Of a stretch of DNA of 42,996 bases, positions 19,771-32,483 are shown piece by piece. The translations under genes were made by a program, and so were the position numbers. The notes beneath the pieces are model-generated. The model saw nothing but the letters and a program-made list of their open reading frames with translations. It had not been told where the DNA came from and did no database searches. The stretch comes from Octopus sinensis (Eukaryota), in the NCBI RefSeq assembly GCF_006345805.1, contig NW_021835039.1, positions 1 to 42,996 of the forward strand, written 5' to 3'. How positions within the stretch are numbered: position 1 is the stretch's first letter; every line of letters begins with the position of its first letter.

Positions 19771-20422
19771 ATCTATATAAAATAAAAGAAGTATTGATCA
19801 AAATAATGCGACTTTGATCTTTAGCATTCGATAATGCTTGTTCAATTAACTACTTCACGTTGCAAAAGAAAGCCATAAAAGAAGAAAAAAAGATTTATAC
19901 GTCACATACAACATATTCAGTTTGCTTTCAATTAAAATCTTGCGGAGCTGTTGCACCAAGACACATTATCTGTTTAAATTAACTGATCTTGATAGTTGAA
20001 CTGTTAACCCCTAGATAACTAGAACGGTTGAACTGACTACCAGAATTCATTTATCTAATTCAGTTAAGTTCTTCAGTGCAGAACTTCTTAAAAGTGAGAC
20101 TGTAAAATAATTGTTTACATAAATTTCACCCTTTCGGGGAAAATTATTTTAATCCTCTTCTACCCATAAAATTCGCACTGCACGAACTTTTTTGATATAC
20201 GATAGACTTGTCCTCAACGCAAGTTATTTAAGTCTACTTGCACTTCACTTTCCAGAAAATAGAACATATTTCCAATACACTAATAGCAAATAAGAAAAAG
20301 GTTTGTGTTAGCAAATTTATTGTCGTAGTTAAAACATAAGAATGCTTTCAACTTCAGAAAAAGATTAATTAAATGCATATTGCAGAAAGCGGCGAATCCT
20401 ATGGTATTTTTTGAAAGTTTAG
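19771..20422 (+). mobile_element. Possible decayed non-autonomous Helitron
   Basis: Starts A|TCTATATAAAATAAAA and ends near GCGGCGAATCC...TTTAG, loosely like Helitron termini; 3' hairpin and CTAG are not intact. Confidence 0.25.
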
Positions 20423-20972
20423 GTAAACTGATATATATCTACTAACCCTTTCTGCTATAGACAATAAGCCTGAAATTTTGTGGGATGGGGATGACACTCG
20501 ATTACATTTAAATAGTACATATTAGTGTTTACAGCCACGAAAATCATGAACGGTAAAGTCTATCTCAGATGAATTTGAACTCAGAGCTTAAACTCGGAAA
20601 AACTGATGCTAAGCATTTTATCCGGCGATATAAGTCGATTACATCGATTCTAGTGTTCAACCGGTACTAGTTGCATCAACCAGAAAGGTCGAAAGGCAAA
20701 GTCCACTTTGGCGGAATTTGAGCTCAGAATCTGAAACGGAAGTAATGCAGCTATGCATTTTATCCGGCTTCTAACAATTCTGCCGGTTCATCGCCTTGAT
20801 TGAAATATAGATATTTCAAATTTTGGTACAAGGCCAGCAATTTCACGGGAGGGGAGATGTCGATTACCTCGACTCCAGTGTTCAACTGGTAAATATTTTA
20901 GCAACCGGAAAGTTCGAAAGGAGAAGTCGATTTCGGAAGTATTTGAACTCAAAATGTAAAGACGGAAGAAAT

Positions 20973-21247
20973 GCCCACGGGCATATGGCGCAGTGGCTAA
21001 GAGTGAGGGCTACTAACCCCAAGATTCCGAGTCTGATTCCAAGTAGTGACCTGAACAACAACAACAACAATAATAATAATGATAATGACATCGAAAAATA
21101 CCGTAGGAATGAGAACCCAGGTTCGAAATTTCCCCCAAGACACCTGAAGAAGGCTGGAGGGTATATTAACCGAAACGTTGTGTTAGCAACAACAAAGATG
21201 AGGACACATATCCGTCGAATGTAAATAATGTAAATAATGTAAATAAT
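20973..21247 (+). mobile_element. tRNA-headed SINE-like element with hammerhead tail (copy 2), 9-bp TSD
   Basis: Homologous to 5404-5663; GGAAGAAAT duplicated at 20964-20972 and 21248-21256; (AAATAATGT)n tail. Confidence 0.9.
21139..21184 (+). ncRNA. Predicted minimal type-I hammerhead ribozyme
   Basis: GACAC-CTGAAGA-A-GGCTG-(10 nt)-TAACC-GAA-ACGT-T-GTGTT; helix II has one mismatch and one GU. Confidence 0.55.
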
Positions 21248-22304
21248 GGAAGAAATATCGTTAAGAATTTTGTCCGGCATGCTAACATTCTGTCCGCTCG
21301 CCACCTTGACTGAAACTAATGCCATATATTTCATAAGCTACTTTGTCTTTGCAATAAACCTGAACTACGAACCTTGCTAAACTTCTTCTCTCTCTCTGTA
21401 CAAATGATCTAATTCTACATGTCATAAGCAAACGGAGAGGAGGTACGGCACATGACCCTTTGCAACTAGTTGAAAAAAGGGAATCTTCTGATACTCATAG
21501 CTTTTCTGATTGCTTGCAACGTAGAGGATTTTGTTAAAGCAACCCGAAACCAGCTGTGGGCGTTAAACCGGGCAACGGATTACGTTTATCAATAAAGATT
21601 TCGTATTCAAATATAATCATTTAATCATGTGACCCGCCATGGCAATTACCTAATTTGTTATTCAAACGCTATCGATATTTCTCTAATTTCTTCAGTTTGT
21701 TATTTCCGGCTACGAGTGCATTTGGTTAATTTATTCTGACTACAGACATCTTTCACTATTTGTCCTCAAACGAAGTTAATTGCTCAACCTTAATTTCTCA
21801 AACCACATTTTTGTAACAGTGATAATCAATCCTGATAAAATGAGCTGTCTCTCAAGACATCACTCTTTCCAATAATTAATCATATTAGTACCGACTAAAT
21901 TTTTCATTTGGTGTCTAATTGCTTCGCACGTTCACTAATCATTACCATCATTCACTCGCACACTTCTCTTACAGTCTGTTGATTGCAATAGCACTGACAA
22001 ATAACTGCAATATTAATATGTATGGTAAAGGATGTTTTCAGTACGAGATTCAAGAGCCATAGATTCATTAAATTTTAATTCAATATCTGATTCCATGTCA
22101 GATAATTTGACAGGCAAGACAAGTAACTAGAGTCATCGTAAGTGGAGTATGATCACTCCGTAAAGAATATGACGTGTTCAAATTATGCCTGTCATCAGAG
22201 TGAACCGTCTTCAGTATATTCTTAACGGCTTTGGTAATGAAGGAATTAGACAAGATCATTTGTATGTTATTTAATAAATCTGGGAATTGAGACAAATTGA
22301 AGAA

Positions 22305-22515
22305 TCTTTTCTAATATCGGAACAAGGTCTGATGTTTTGGGGAGGCGGCTAGTCGATTACATCGGGGCCACTCGTCAACGGGTACTTATTTATCGACCCC
22401 GAAAGGAGGAAAGGCAAAGTAGACCACAGCGGAATTAGAACTCAGTGGGTAAAACCGAAAGAAATGCCGCTAAGCATTTTGGCCGAAGTGCCTGTTTCTC
22501 GCAGCTCGCCATCTT
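22305..22515 (-). mobile_element. SINE family A, full length, diverged
   Basis: TATCGACCCCGAAAGGAGGAAAGGCAAAGT...GAAATGCCGCTAAGCATTT...CAGCTCGCCATCTT. Confidence 0.85.
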
Positions 22516-22727
22516 CTATTGCAGTAATATTAATTGCCAAGATGGGTAGTAGAATATGAGATATGGAAATGAATTAATGGAATTGCCTATATACAGTCAG
22601 TTAGCATCCAAACTGAGCAAATTCCTACCCTACTGTATTTAAATTCCAGGTTTATACTCAATTCCAGGTACGCGGACAGAAAAACAGATGACACATTATA
22701 GTGTATATATATGTAATTATTTTATAC

Positions 22728-22977
22728 ACACAGTATATGTTTTATGAACAACTATTAGTTTCATGCAATGAAAACAGCTCAGGCGGCATTTTGTAACACA
22801 TCTGATGTGTTCACGTAATCCTCAGGCTGTGCTGTGTCCACATGGCATAACAAGCAAAAACTAGAAAGATGGGCAGTGTCTGAGGATTGCATGAAGACAC
22901 CCGACGTGTTAGAAAATGCTGTCTGAGCTGTTTTCATCACATGAAACTAATAGTAATTCATAAAGTCTATATTGTGT
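22728..22977. repeat. Fold-back inverted repeat, ~107-bp arms, ~30-nt loop
   Basis: 22728-22835 aligns to the reverse complement of 22871-22977 at roughly 80 percent identity by eye, mostly transitions. Confidence 0.92.
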
Positions 22978-23045
22978 TCATTAAATTATATTTATTTCTA
23001 ACCCGATGGAGTACTTTTTTGTTGATCTTACCGTCACGGAACAGT

Positions 23046-23388
23046 ACACTACATACATACATACATACATACATACATACATACATACATACATGTATGT
23101 ATGTATATGTATTTATGTATGTATGTATGTATGTATATGTATTTATGTATGTATGTATATGTATTTATGTATGTATGTATATATATGTATTTATGTATGT
23201 ATGTATATATATATATGTATTTATGTATGTATGTATATATATATATGTATTTATGTATGTATGTATATATATGTATTTATATATGTATGTATATATATGT
23301 ATTTATATATGTATGTATATATATATATGTATGTATATGTATGTATTTATGTATGTATGTATGTATGTATGTATATATATATATATAT
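23046..23388. repeat. (CATA)n/(TATG)n microsatellite with higher-order ~26-28-bp units
   Basis: Recurring ATGTATTTATGTATGTATGTATATATAT units. Confidence 0.9.
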
Positions 23389-24265
23389 TCACACGAAACT
23401 TCCTATACATCGCAAAACTTTCTGCTGACCAGATTTCTCAAATCCAGGATCAATTAAACGTTATTTGGATCTTTAGACAGTTTTGCCACCTAAATCGTGT
23501 TATAGCATGCGGCCCTAGATACTCTTAATGGGCACTGGTGTCAGTGTGTAACCGATAGTGTCATGTGGCATACGTTGACCAACGGCAGCGTAGAACGCGG
23601 AAGCCATCCACAACTTGTTATTCGTTCGCACGTGGATGTGAATGTACCATCAAAAGTCCACGAAAAAGAGAACCTTTAAGTTAATGCAGAACTTACCGCT
23701 CTTGCTCTCAGACTATAAATTCACATTTGCACCTATCATCTTAGATGAATTAGGCTATGTATCCACAAATTGACACAAAAGCCTTGACAAAGAGCAAAAG
23801 AAACTGACGGGGTATCTCCAAATTCAATCTATTGGCGGCACAGTGAAGATTTGGGAAACATTCCAAAGATTCTCCATTTGAGATTGTTTAGATGAACAGA
23901 TGCCCACACATGGGTCTGTGCATCGAAAGCCCAACAAACGCACGAACTGAATGAAATATTTACGAATACCAAGAAATCGCTTAACTCAAAACGTCTTCTC
24001 GGTTTGTTAGCAACAAGCTTAAATCTCTGTTGAGAAAACATACACGCAAGCAACAAACACATCCTCGCACACACATACATTAAATGCATTCGAAATAACA
24101 GTAGTAGGTCTGAGACAATTTCTAATAATATATGGATCATATTGGTAACAATCTAGCCAATCTGAATGTAACTAATACGATTACAATGCCGTTTGGGAAT
24201 AGGAGCGGATCGTTAATCTGGAAAATATCTAATAGAGTGCACGTGCAACAAGGCATGCCACAGAA

Positions 24266-24305
24266 TATATATATATGTATGTATATATATATATATATAT
24301 ATATG

Positions 24306-24344
<39 letters not shown>

Positions 24345-24594
24345 CTATACACACACATATATACATATATATATTTATTTATTTATGTGTGTGTGAAAAT
24401 GTTTATACATGTAAGTGTATGTATATATATGTATGTTTAATATATGCTGATGTGTATGTTAGGGTTCATGCACATATTAATATGTATATATATATGAGGT
24501 AGGTAAGCTGTAGGTGGATGTGTAAGGGTGCATTTTTTCGTCATAAAATGTCTGCAGGCGAAACTGATTCCAGAATATGAACGCTATGTATGTG

Positions 24595-24646
<52 letters not shown>

Positions 24647-24672
24647 ATATATATATATATATATATATATAA
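24266..24672. repeat. (TA)n, (GATA)n and TG-rich simple repeats
   Basis: Directly visible, interspersed with short unique stretches. Confidence 0.85.
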
Positions 24673-25147
24673 TGATTATACGTTGGTACATATTGCCGAT
24701 AAAGATTTGTTTTTATCTCTTTTGTGAGCGTGTATTCTGCACGATCCACGCAATTTAAAAAAACATTTATACAACCTTTTGATCCACATATTCATATAGG
24801 AATTTAACAACTTCGGGGCAGTAGTTATATTAAAATTGTGAGATGGAAGAATGTAAGACGACTATAATTCATATTTATGCACATACATTGACGTAAGCGG
24901 TACGCAGAAATATAATTCATGCATTCATACACGCATACGTAAATCCATACATACATAAATTCATACGTATATACCTACATACGAACACACTCACACGCAC
25001 ATACACACACACACAAAGGCACACGCACGCACACATTATGTATATATGTATGAAGTGCGTATAAACAGGCACACAACCATTTTCAATCTCATATCTACAG
25101 AAATATTGTTGATTTTGTAATTCTTTTTTTGTTCACTGAATATTACT

Positions 25148-25183
<36 letters not shown>

Positions 25184-25279
25184 TATATATATATGTATTA
25201 TATATAATATATATATATGTATATATATATATATATGTATATATAATATATATGTATATATACATATATATATATAAAT

Positions 25280-25311
<32 letters not shown>

Positions 25312-25444
25312 TATATATATTGTATAGAGGGCATTATTACACATAAATGCCTCACACTAGGAGGGACAAAGTCATTACTACCAAAATTATACTAATCATA
25401 CCCAATGCAGTTTTTCAAAGCAAGACATTTAAAAATGAATTTAG

Positions 25445-25641
25445 TTCTGTATCACCGTGATTTCACATTCAACTTTACGTCTAATGATCGTCAGCAGAAC
25501 TGATTCTGAACACATCATAAATAAACTACCAACCTTACGTAGCGAAGACGAACAGACAACTGCTCACTCCGGCCAAGCACATGGAATGTTTATAAATCAT
25601 ATATCCGGTAAATGGCGGGCTTTTTACGAACTGCATGTCGG
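25445..25641 (+). CDS. Candidate coding exon (phase 0 to 2): FCITVISHST...GKWRAFYELHV
   Basis: 65 open codons in non-repetitive sequence ending exactly at GG|GTAATG; acceptor choice (25444, 25492 or 25495) is uncertain. Confidence 0.25.
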
Positions 25642-25699
25642 GTAATGAAAAGTATTTCGGAATAAGTTTAACAATTAAGGATAATCTCTTAATAAGGGA

Positions 25700-25808
25700 T
25701 GTATATATATATGTATATATACATCTATATATATATATCTATATATATGTATATATATACATATAGATATATACATATATATAATGTATATATCTATATG
25801 TATATATC

Positions 25809-25873
<65 letters not shown>

Positions 25874-26190
25874 ATGTATATATATATATATATGTATATT
25901 TACATATATATTTACATATATATACATAAATATATATAGAAAAATATATATATGTAAATATATATATATATATATATGTATTATACATGTATATATATAT
26001 ATATAGATGTATGTATATATATATATAGAGAGAGAGAGATACATGTATATATATATGTATATATATATGTATATGTATATATACACGTATGTTATGTAAT
26101 TATGTGTATGTATATATATATATGTATGTATATGTATATATGTGTATATATGTATGTGTATATATGTATGTATATAGATATATATATATA
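25700..26190. repeat. Long degenerate (TA)n tract
   Basis: Directly visible; also 25150-25325. Confidence 0.95.
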
Positions 26191-26198
26191 CACTCTCT

Positions 26199-26580
26199 CT
26201 CTTTTACTCTTTTACTTGTTTCAGTCATTTGACTGCGGCCATGCTGGAGCACCGCCTTTAGTCGAGCAAATCGACCCCGGGACTTATTCTTTGTAAGCCA
26301 AGTACTTATTCTATCGGTTTCTTTTGCCATCGGTTGTCAAGCAATGCTAGGGGGACAAACACAGACACATAAACACACACACGCATATATATATATATAT
26401 ATATATACATATATACGACAGGCTTCTTTCAGTTTCCGTCTACCAAATCCACTCACAAGGTATTGGTTGGCCCGGGGCTATAGCAGAAGACACTTGCCCA
26501 AGATGCCACGCAGTGGGACTGAACCCGGAACCTTGTGGTTGGTTAGCAAGCTACTTACCACACAGCCACTCCTGCGCCTA
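26199..26580 (-). mobile_element. SINE family B, near full length
   Basis: Minus strand GGCTGTGTGGTAAGTAGCTTGCTAACC...GGGTTCAGTCCCACTGCGTGGCA, internal microsatellite, tail AAGGCGGTGCTCCAGCATGGCCGCAGTCAAATGACTGAAACAAGTAAAAG. Confidence 0.92.
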
Positions 26581-26602
26581 TGTATGTATATATTTGTATA
26601 TA

Positions 26603-27040
26603 TGAGAGAGGTATGCAGTAATATACATTTGGAAGATCATGGAAGGAATTGTGCCAAATTTTGGCATTGAATGCTACACCAATGCCACAACGGGTTGAAA
26701 CTGCACTCTGCCAAAAATCTCAACAATGCCATCGCGCTTCAGGGCCAGTTACTACAACAGCCTGGGTTTCAGCGGTCCACAGCATTTTAACATTCTCTCA
26801 AAGAGCCTGAGGTACCTACACAAAGTGGATGTAGGTGTGTTCAAACGAAAACTGTATCTCTTCCTGTCGGGAGTTCCGGATGAACCTACCTCGCTGCAAG
26901 AGGTGCAAATGAGAGTAGCGATATCAAACTCCTTTGTTCACCAAATGCCACATATTAGAGGAAGCTCTCAATAATAACAGTGTAGCAAAACGGCGGTGCC
27001 CCAGTATTACCACAGCTCTGAGGCGAAACTAGAAAAAAAA
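26603..27040 (+). mobile_element. CR1-like LINE 3' end (ORF2 C-terminus, 3' UTR, A-rich tail)
   Basis: RERYAVIYIWKIMEGIVPN...NSLGFSGPQHFNIL...FKRKLYLFLSGVPDEP...AISNSFVHQ, stop 26972-26974; one internal stop. Confidence 0.85.
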
Positions 27041-27127
27041 AAGAAAAAAATCTTTTATCATTCATGGCTTTCAGCCAGAGACCGAGACCATGTTGCTGCA
27101 CCCCATTCACTGCATCCGGGCATTTTT

Positions 27128-27269
27128 CCAGTATTGACTGCGGCGATGCTGGAGCACCGCCTTTAGTCGAAGAAATCAACTCCAGGAATTCTTCTTTGTA
27201 AGCCTAGCCTAGTACTTATTCTATCGGTTCACTTTTGCGGAACTGCTAAGTTACGGGGACGTAAACACA

Positions 27270-27270
<1 letters not shown>
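27128..27270 (-). mobile_element. SINE family B, 3' half
   Basis: TTGACTGCGGCGATGCTGGAGCACCGCCTTTAGTCGA...GCTAAGTTACGGGGACGTAAAC. Confidence 0.85.
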
Positions 27271-27344
<74 letters not shown>

Positions 27345-27620
27345 TAATGTATGAATGTATCTATCTATATATATATATATATACCACACACATAAGAATA
27401 TGTGCGTGTAATATATGCATACATTTATGTGTTTTTACTCATACAAAGTACACACATATATACATTGATATATAGTTATATGTATATACACATCTATCTA
27501 TCTATTTATATAAGTACACGTATATACTTATATATGTATATATATATATCATATATGTATACCCATCTATATATTCTGCATGTATATATATACATGTGTG
27601 TATGTGTGTGTGCGTGTGCG
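27263..27620. repeat. (CA)n/(TA)n mixed simple repeats
   Basis: Directly visible. Confidence 0.85.
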
Positions 27621-28385
27621 TACCTCCATCTATCTGTGCGTGTTATGTGAATGTATCCTGCTTTATGAATTACTAGAGAAGACATTAACAAAACTCAGTT
27701 CAAAGTATTGATTTATACAGTCTCTAGGAATGATAATATCATATAATATCGTTGCACGTATTCTCACCAAATGGTTACATAATATATCTTTGAATCTTAT
27801 CTGTGATATTCCATAGAATCTTCAGTCAACTAAAATATCATTTTGCATTTATAAAAAAAGCAACCTCGATGGTGAAAACACTTAGCTTTTATTATGGTTT
27901 AGCTTTCCTTAGGTTTCTTATAAGGTTTAGATACGGTTATTTCCAAGTCAATGTGTACTACCAAAAATGTTTGCTTGTCTCTCATTAGATATTTTTAGAC
28001 TTACACTCTTATATATATATATATATATGAATCATATCAGATATTGTTTTGCGATCGTTATCTCATGGCTCTGTGTCAACTTTCACATGAATAAATCACA
28101 GGCAGTCCAAACGATTAAATATTACATAGACTAGTCCTTATGAGTGTTTTCTTGTTATTGTTGTCTTTATCGTTGCCGTTATTGTTATTTTCGTTGTTGT
28201 TTATGGTTGTAGACTCATATCTTTCCCGATCGAGTTGATTTATAGTCAATGTATTTTCTACCTGTGGCCATCTTGTCTTTATTTCATACATAGTGTTTAC
28301 AACATAATATTATCCAAAGCGTCAAGCCTTTTTTTACAGACAATACATTATGAATTATGCTTTGGTAAATATTCCTAACCTACAG

Positions 28386-28495
28386 GATATTATCTAGACG
28401 CACCCTTCACCACTGAACGGTTCATACAAGACAATTTTCCACGGACCAGCGGATCACGCGCGTTACAAAACACAATAAAGTGCATATCATATAAG
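28386..28495 (+). CDS. Candidate coding exon (phase 1 to 0): YYLDAPFTTERFIQDNFPRTSGSRALQNTIKCISYK
   Basis: CCTAAC branch-like motif then CTACAG acceptor, AAG|GTACTT donor, 36 open codons, GC-richer than flanks. Confidence 0.35.
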
Positions 28496-28515
28496 GTACT
28501 TATTACATTTACGAT

Positions 28516-28517
28516 AC

Positions 28518-28562
<45 letters not shown>

Positions 28563-28575
28563 AGTGTGTGTGTGT

Positions 28576-28617
<42 letters not shown>
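28516..28617. repeat. (TA)n-(TG)n microsatellite
   Basis: Directly visible. Confidence 0.95.
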
Positions 28618-28621
<4 letters not shown>

Positions 28622-29050
28622 GATGTAATATATACCTTAATGGAGAAAGTTGCTTATTAGTTAGGTATGTAACAATTACTAAAAGTACTAAAAGGAGGTA
28701 ATTATTAAAGGGTTGACCGATTGGAAATATTTTTATAAATTCAGGTTTTAAGAGATTTCCTATAATTTCGATTTCTCAAGTTTAGTGAAATTTTTAAACT
28801 CCAATTTATCGCATATTTAAATATACATTGCATTCACTGCGCCAATTCTTCACAAATTTAAATATTCATTACATTCACTGCGGAGTATTCCGTTTTTATT
28901 TGCAAAGATTCATTTTCTCTTTTAATGTTTTCATTTCAAGTTTTAATTCGCTATTTTGAAAACCGACAGTCTATTCTATTAATGTATATGTAATGTAAAA
29001 ACATTTATCGAATGAAAATTTTTTAAAATACTCGTATAATTTTTGTATAA

Positions 29051-29162
29051 GGATGAAAGGCAAATCGGCCGCGCTGGGATTTAACCTCAGAACGTAAAAC
29101 CTGACGATATGTCACTAAATATTTTATCCGGTCTGCTAACGTTTCTGCTCGCTCACTGCCTT
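29051..29162 (-). mobile_element. SINE family A, 5' half
   Basis: GGATGAAAGGCAAA...CTCAGAACGTAAA...GCTAACGTTTCTGCTCGCTCACTGCCTT. Confidence 0.75.
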
Positions 29163-29589
29163 CATAATAAATATTTAATGCAAACACGTCATGCAGGCTA
29201 ATGTATTCTTTCTGTTTGGCTGGGTACTAAACAATTCAGAGCTCGGTACCAAATAATTCACGGCCGGTATGCGAAATTTTTTTTTCCCACGAGAGTTCTA
29301 GACCCCAGTAATGAACTCATTTTCATATAAACAATTAGAGCAGAGCCACCTTTTTCTCTTCTTCCTTTCTAGTCAGCACCGTTCTTTACTCTTTCCCTCT
29401 CTGCTGGCAGGCAGCAACTTCACCGTCTAGGTTGATGTTTGTTTCTTTTTGTCACTGAGCATTGAGATGGCTGTGCGATGTGCAAAAAATAACAGCTAAA
29501 TAAGATTTTTTTGATAAATCTTTTAAATTAAAGTTTATGTGGTAACATCTCGCTCAGAGATTTAAAACTGGTTTTCTCTTTTAAATTAG

Positions 29590-29731
29590 CATAAACATTT
29601 ATTTACATGAAAGAACATTACGGGAGAACCCTCATCTAATTCTTCAAAATCTTTCTGTTAAAAATTGTAATGTATTTATCACATGTGACGTGTTGTTTAT
29701 CGCATTAGCATTAAACATTGGTGGTTGTAAG
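29590..29731 (+). CDS. Candidate coding exon (phase 2 to 0): INIYLHERTLRENPHLILQNLSVKNCNVFITCDVLFIALALNIGGCK
   Basis: TTTTCTCTTTTAAATTAG acceptor, AAG|GTGAGC donor, 47 open codons in very AT-rich DNA. Confidence 0.35.
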
Positions 29732-29807
29732 GTGAGCTAAAAATTGCAGCTATATAATATTTATTTATATGAAATAAAATTACCGGAGACATAACACGTT
29801 GTTAACA

Positions 29808-29944
29808 AATATTCTTTTCTACTCAAGGCAGCAGGCCCGACATTTTTGGGGAGGGGACCAGTCGATTAGATCAACTCCAGTACGCAAGTAGTACTTAAAT
29901 TTATCGACCCCGAAAGGATGAAAGGCAAAGTCGACCTCGGCGGA
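29808..29944 (-). mobile_element. SINE family A, 3' half
   Basis: ATTCTTTTCTACTC...TTATCGACCCCGAAAGGATGAAAGGCAAAGTCGACCTCGGCGGA. Confidence 0.9.
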
Positions 29945-31403
29945 GTGATATTTTCAGAATATTGACAACAGTGTATTTATAAAACCTTCAAGCAGTTTCC
30001 GTACTTTCATATTCGTCCAAAACATTATCTTTGATCGCTATAGTAATTAGAACCTACCGCTAACAAGTGTATGTGCTCAGTATCGATGATATTGGCATCT
30101 GAAGGAGAGCACAATACGAGATTCGCATAGTAATCAGAGGTCGCCATTTTGAATGCTAACATTTGTTAACTTGACATGGTGAAAGTGAGCCTGATTAGCT
30201 GTATGCAAATGAGTACATTACTGGGTCCACACATGGAGGTTGAGAACCCCTGCTGTCGGGAGTCTGTCGAGAGTCTGTATTTTTTCGTGTAGTTTATTAA
30301 ATGGATAATACGTTGGTGAACTCTGCTGCCAACATAAAATGAACTCTAAATAAAGAAAAAAACCCTGTTAATAATAGATCCTGAACGATCATGTCATCGG
30401 TTCGTAAATTTTAGCATGAATGGAGAATGAAATAGTGAATTAATTAAGCAGAAACAGATGCTGAGTATCATACATATTAAATTGTAAATGGAATGAAAAA
30501 AAATCCCTAAATTAGTTTGCCCCCAGATTTAGTGATAGATAAAACTCGTATACATACATGCCTATGTGAATCCGTAACTATATATATACACATTCATGTT
30601 CTTACACGCACGGGTGTACACGTATATACACGAGCGCGCTCAGACATATGCATTCATATATAGATTTATATATGCACATACGCATATATACACATACAGT
30701 TTCAACCAAACATATAATGATGTTAGAGCATAGGTATCAGGGATCAAATGATGGTAATGGAGTCTTCTTACTTAACAAATATTATCTTTTGCAAACGCGT
30801 TGACGCATGTATTAAAAAGTATTAGCTTTCTAATCATCTGAAGACTATCTCCTATTGGAGAAGGCATAACGGGTCTGAAATGCAACAAATGATGCAATAG
30901 AGGGCACCACTGAGTTGACAATGGTGTGTTTACACCTTAACCATAAGCGGGAAAATTTTTTTCTCAACGGTAAACAACAATGAAATTACCTTTAGCAGTT
31001 AAAATATACCATAAACATTTTGAAACTAACCTAAAGTATGACTGTCTTTTGTGCTACTAGCCTGTGACCATATAAGAATCGTCCAGAAATATAGGTATAA
31101 AGCTTGACCATATCGAATTGGCACCATATCCATATTTCTTATAACTGGATACCTTATGCTATCCAGTTATTAGTGGTTGTATCCAGTTATAAGATCGGTG
31201 GATTCAGACACATGCTAGCGCGCATCCAAAAGCACACACAGGCATGAACACACATGCGTGGACACACACGTTGCTTCTGTTTGGTGCTAGTGATGAATTT
31301 ATGCCAGGGATTGTAGGTGATGGTGATCATTGCTGCTTGTCTGGTATTTTTTATTAAGCACTAGTTGCTTAACTATTATATGTACAACCTCCTCTTTTTT
31401 AAG

Positions 31404-31482
31404 AAGTCATTCATATAACAGGTGCTAAACGTTATCGTATTGCGAACTCGGAATGTCATGATTGCTTATGCAGAGACACACT
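31404..31482 (+). CDS. Candidate coding exon (phase 1 to 2): VIHITGAKRYRIANSECHDCLCRDT
   Basis: CCTCCTCTTTTTTAAG acceptor, GTAAGT donor at 31483, one open frame; phase-compatible with 33070. Confidence 0.3.
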
Positions 31483-31599
31483 GTAAGTTTATATTCTTTA
31501 GGTGGGGAAAAAAAACAGCCTAGCTTCAATGGTACTGATTAATCTTGTTCTTCTAAATTTCTGGCCTGGCGCCTAAATCAGAAGCAATTAATATGTTGG

Positions 31600-32480
31600 C
31601 AGAATCAAGGACAGTCGGTTGACAGAAATGTGAGAACGCCGGAAAAAAATGTCTAGCGATATTTGTCCTAGTTATTTATATTCTGGGTTCAAATCCTGCC
31701 GAGATCACTGTCGCCTTGTATTCTATAGCAGTCAAGTTCAATGTCGATTTAATTGAGGAATCCGCTTCCTAAAATTATTGGTTTAGTACCTTAATTAGAA
31801 ACATTAATTTAAAGGCAGTGAGCAGGTAGAATAATTAATTTGTCGTGAAAAATATAACTTGCTGTGCATGAGCAATCATGGCTTTCGAGTTCACATTGCA
31901 TCAACATTTAACACCTGCTATATGTATGACTTCTTAAAAAGAAGAAGCGATACATATTTATAGTAATATACCGGCTCATTACGTTCTGAGTTCAAAACCT
32001 GCCGAGATCAACTCTGCATTTTACCCGTTCTGGAGACAATGAAATCAAGTATTAGTCAAATACTGGAGTCGACGTTATCGACTAACCCACATCCTCTACA
32101 AAGTACTGGCCCTGTACCTACAATAGGATCTGAGAGAATGGCAAAAGTATGCAAAAAATGGTGTGCAGTGTTTCTTCTGTCTGGTTACATTCTGAATTCA
32201 AAACTCTTCGAGGTCAAATAGGCTTTTCATCCTTCTGCGATGAAATAAAATAAATTTCATGTCAAGTACAGAGGTTGATGCTATCGATTAATACCCCATT
32301 CTGGTATGTGTTTCTGCTCTTCAGGATCCGAGTGTAGAGTTCAAATTTGGTCGAAGGCAAGCTGTACCTTTCATTCCCTGTGAGTTGACATAATCAGGTT
32401 TCACTTGAGAACTGGGGACTGACCTACGATATGGATCAATCCATTCTCCTCAGAACCCTTGAATTTGTTTCCAAGTCATC
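31600..32480 (+). mobile_element. Cluster of about five old, same-orientation SINE family A remnants
   Basis: Recurring TTCTG(A/G)(A/G)TTCAAA motifs at ~31681, ~31984, ~32190, ~32335 with decayed core and tail sequence. Confidence 0.65.
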
Positions 32481-32483
32481 CTC

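Larger units (their letters stand above)
20448..21309 (-). mobile_element. Cluster of three decayed minus-strand SINE family A copies, the last interrupted at 20973-21247
   Basis: Repeated GAATTTGA(A/G)CTCA(G/A)A motifs at ~20572, ~20715, ~20941; head GCTAACATTCTG...CGCCACCTT resumes after the insertion. Confidence 0.8.

Noticed and set aside
22180-22215. Minus-strand CTGATGA...GAACACGTC as a hammerhead
   Set aside because: GAAA is broken, helix II is weak and there is no helix I.
22880-22930. CTGAGGA...GAAAATGCTGTC as a hammerhead
   Set aside because: Helices I and III do not pair, and the other arm of the fold-back lacks GAAA.
22887-23528. 213-aa ORF, and similar long ORFs at 7397, 8501, 11057-11459, 12611-13166, 25699-26330, 36575-37092, 38695-39306, 39873-40529
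   Set aside because: They are translations of (TA)n, (CA)n, (TATG)n or (ATT)n repeats that lack stop codons in some frames; no domain content.
30238-30252. hAT-like terminal repeat GGTTGAGAACCCCTG
   Set aside because: No matching left TIR found, so no element can be delimited.
30840-30915. Laminin/netrin EGF-like peptide GEGITGLKCNK
   Set aside because: Immediately followed by stops, required cysteines missing, no splice support.
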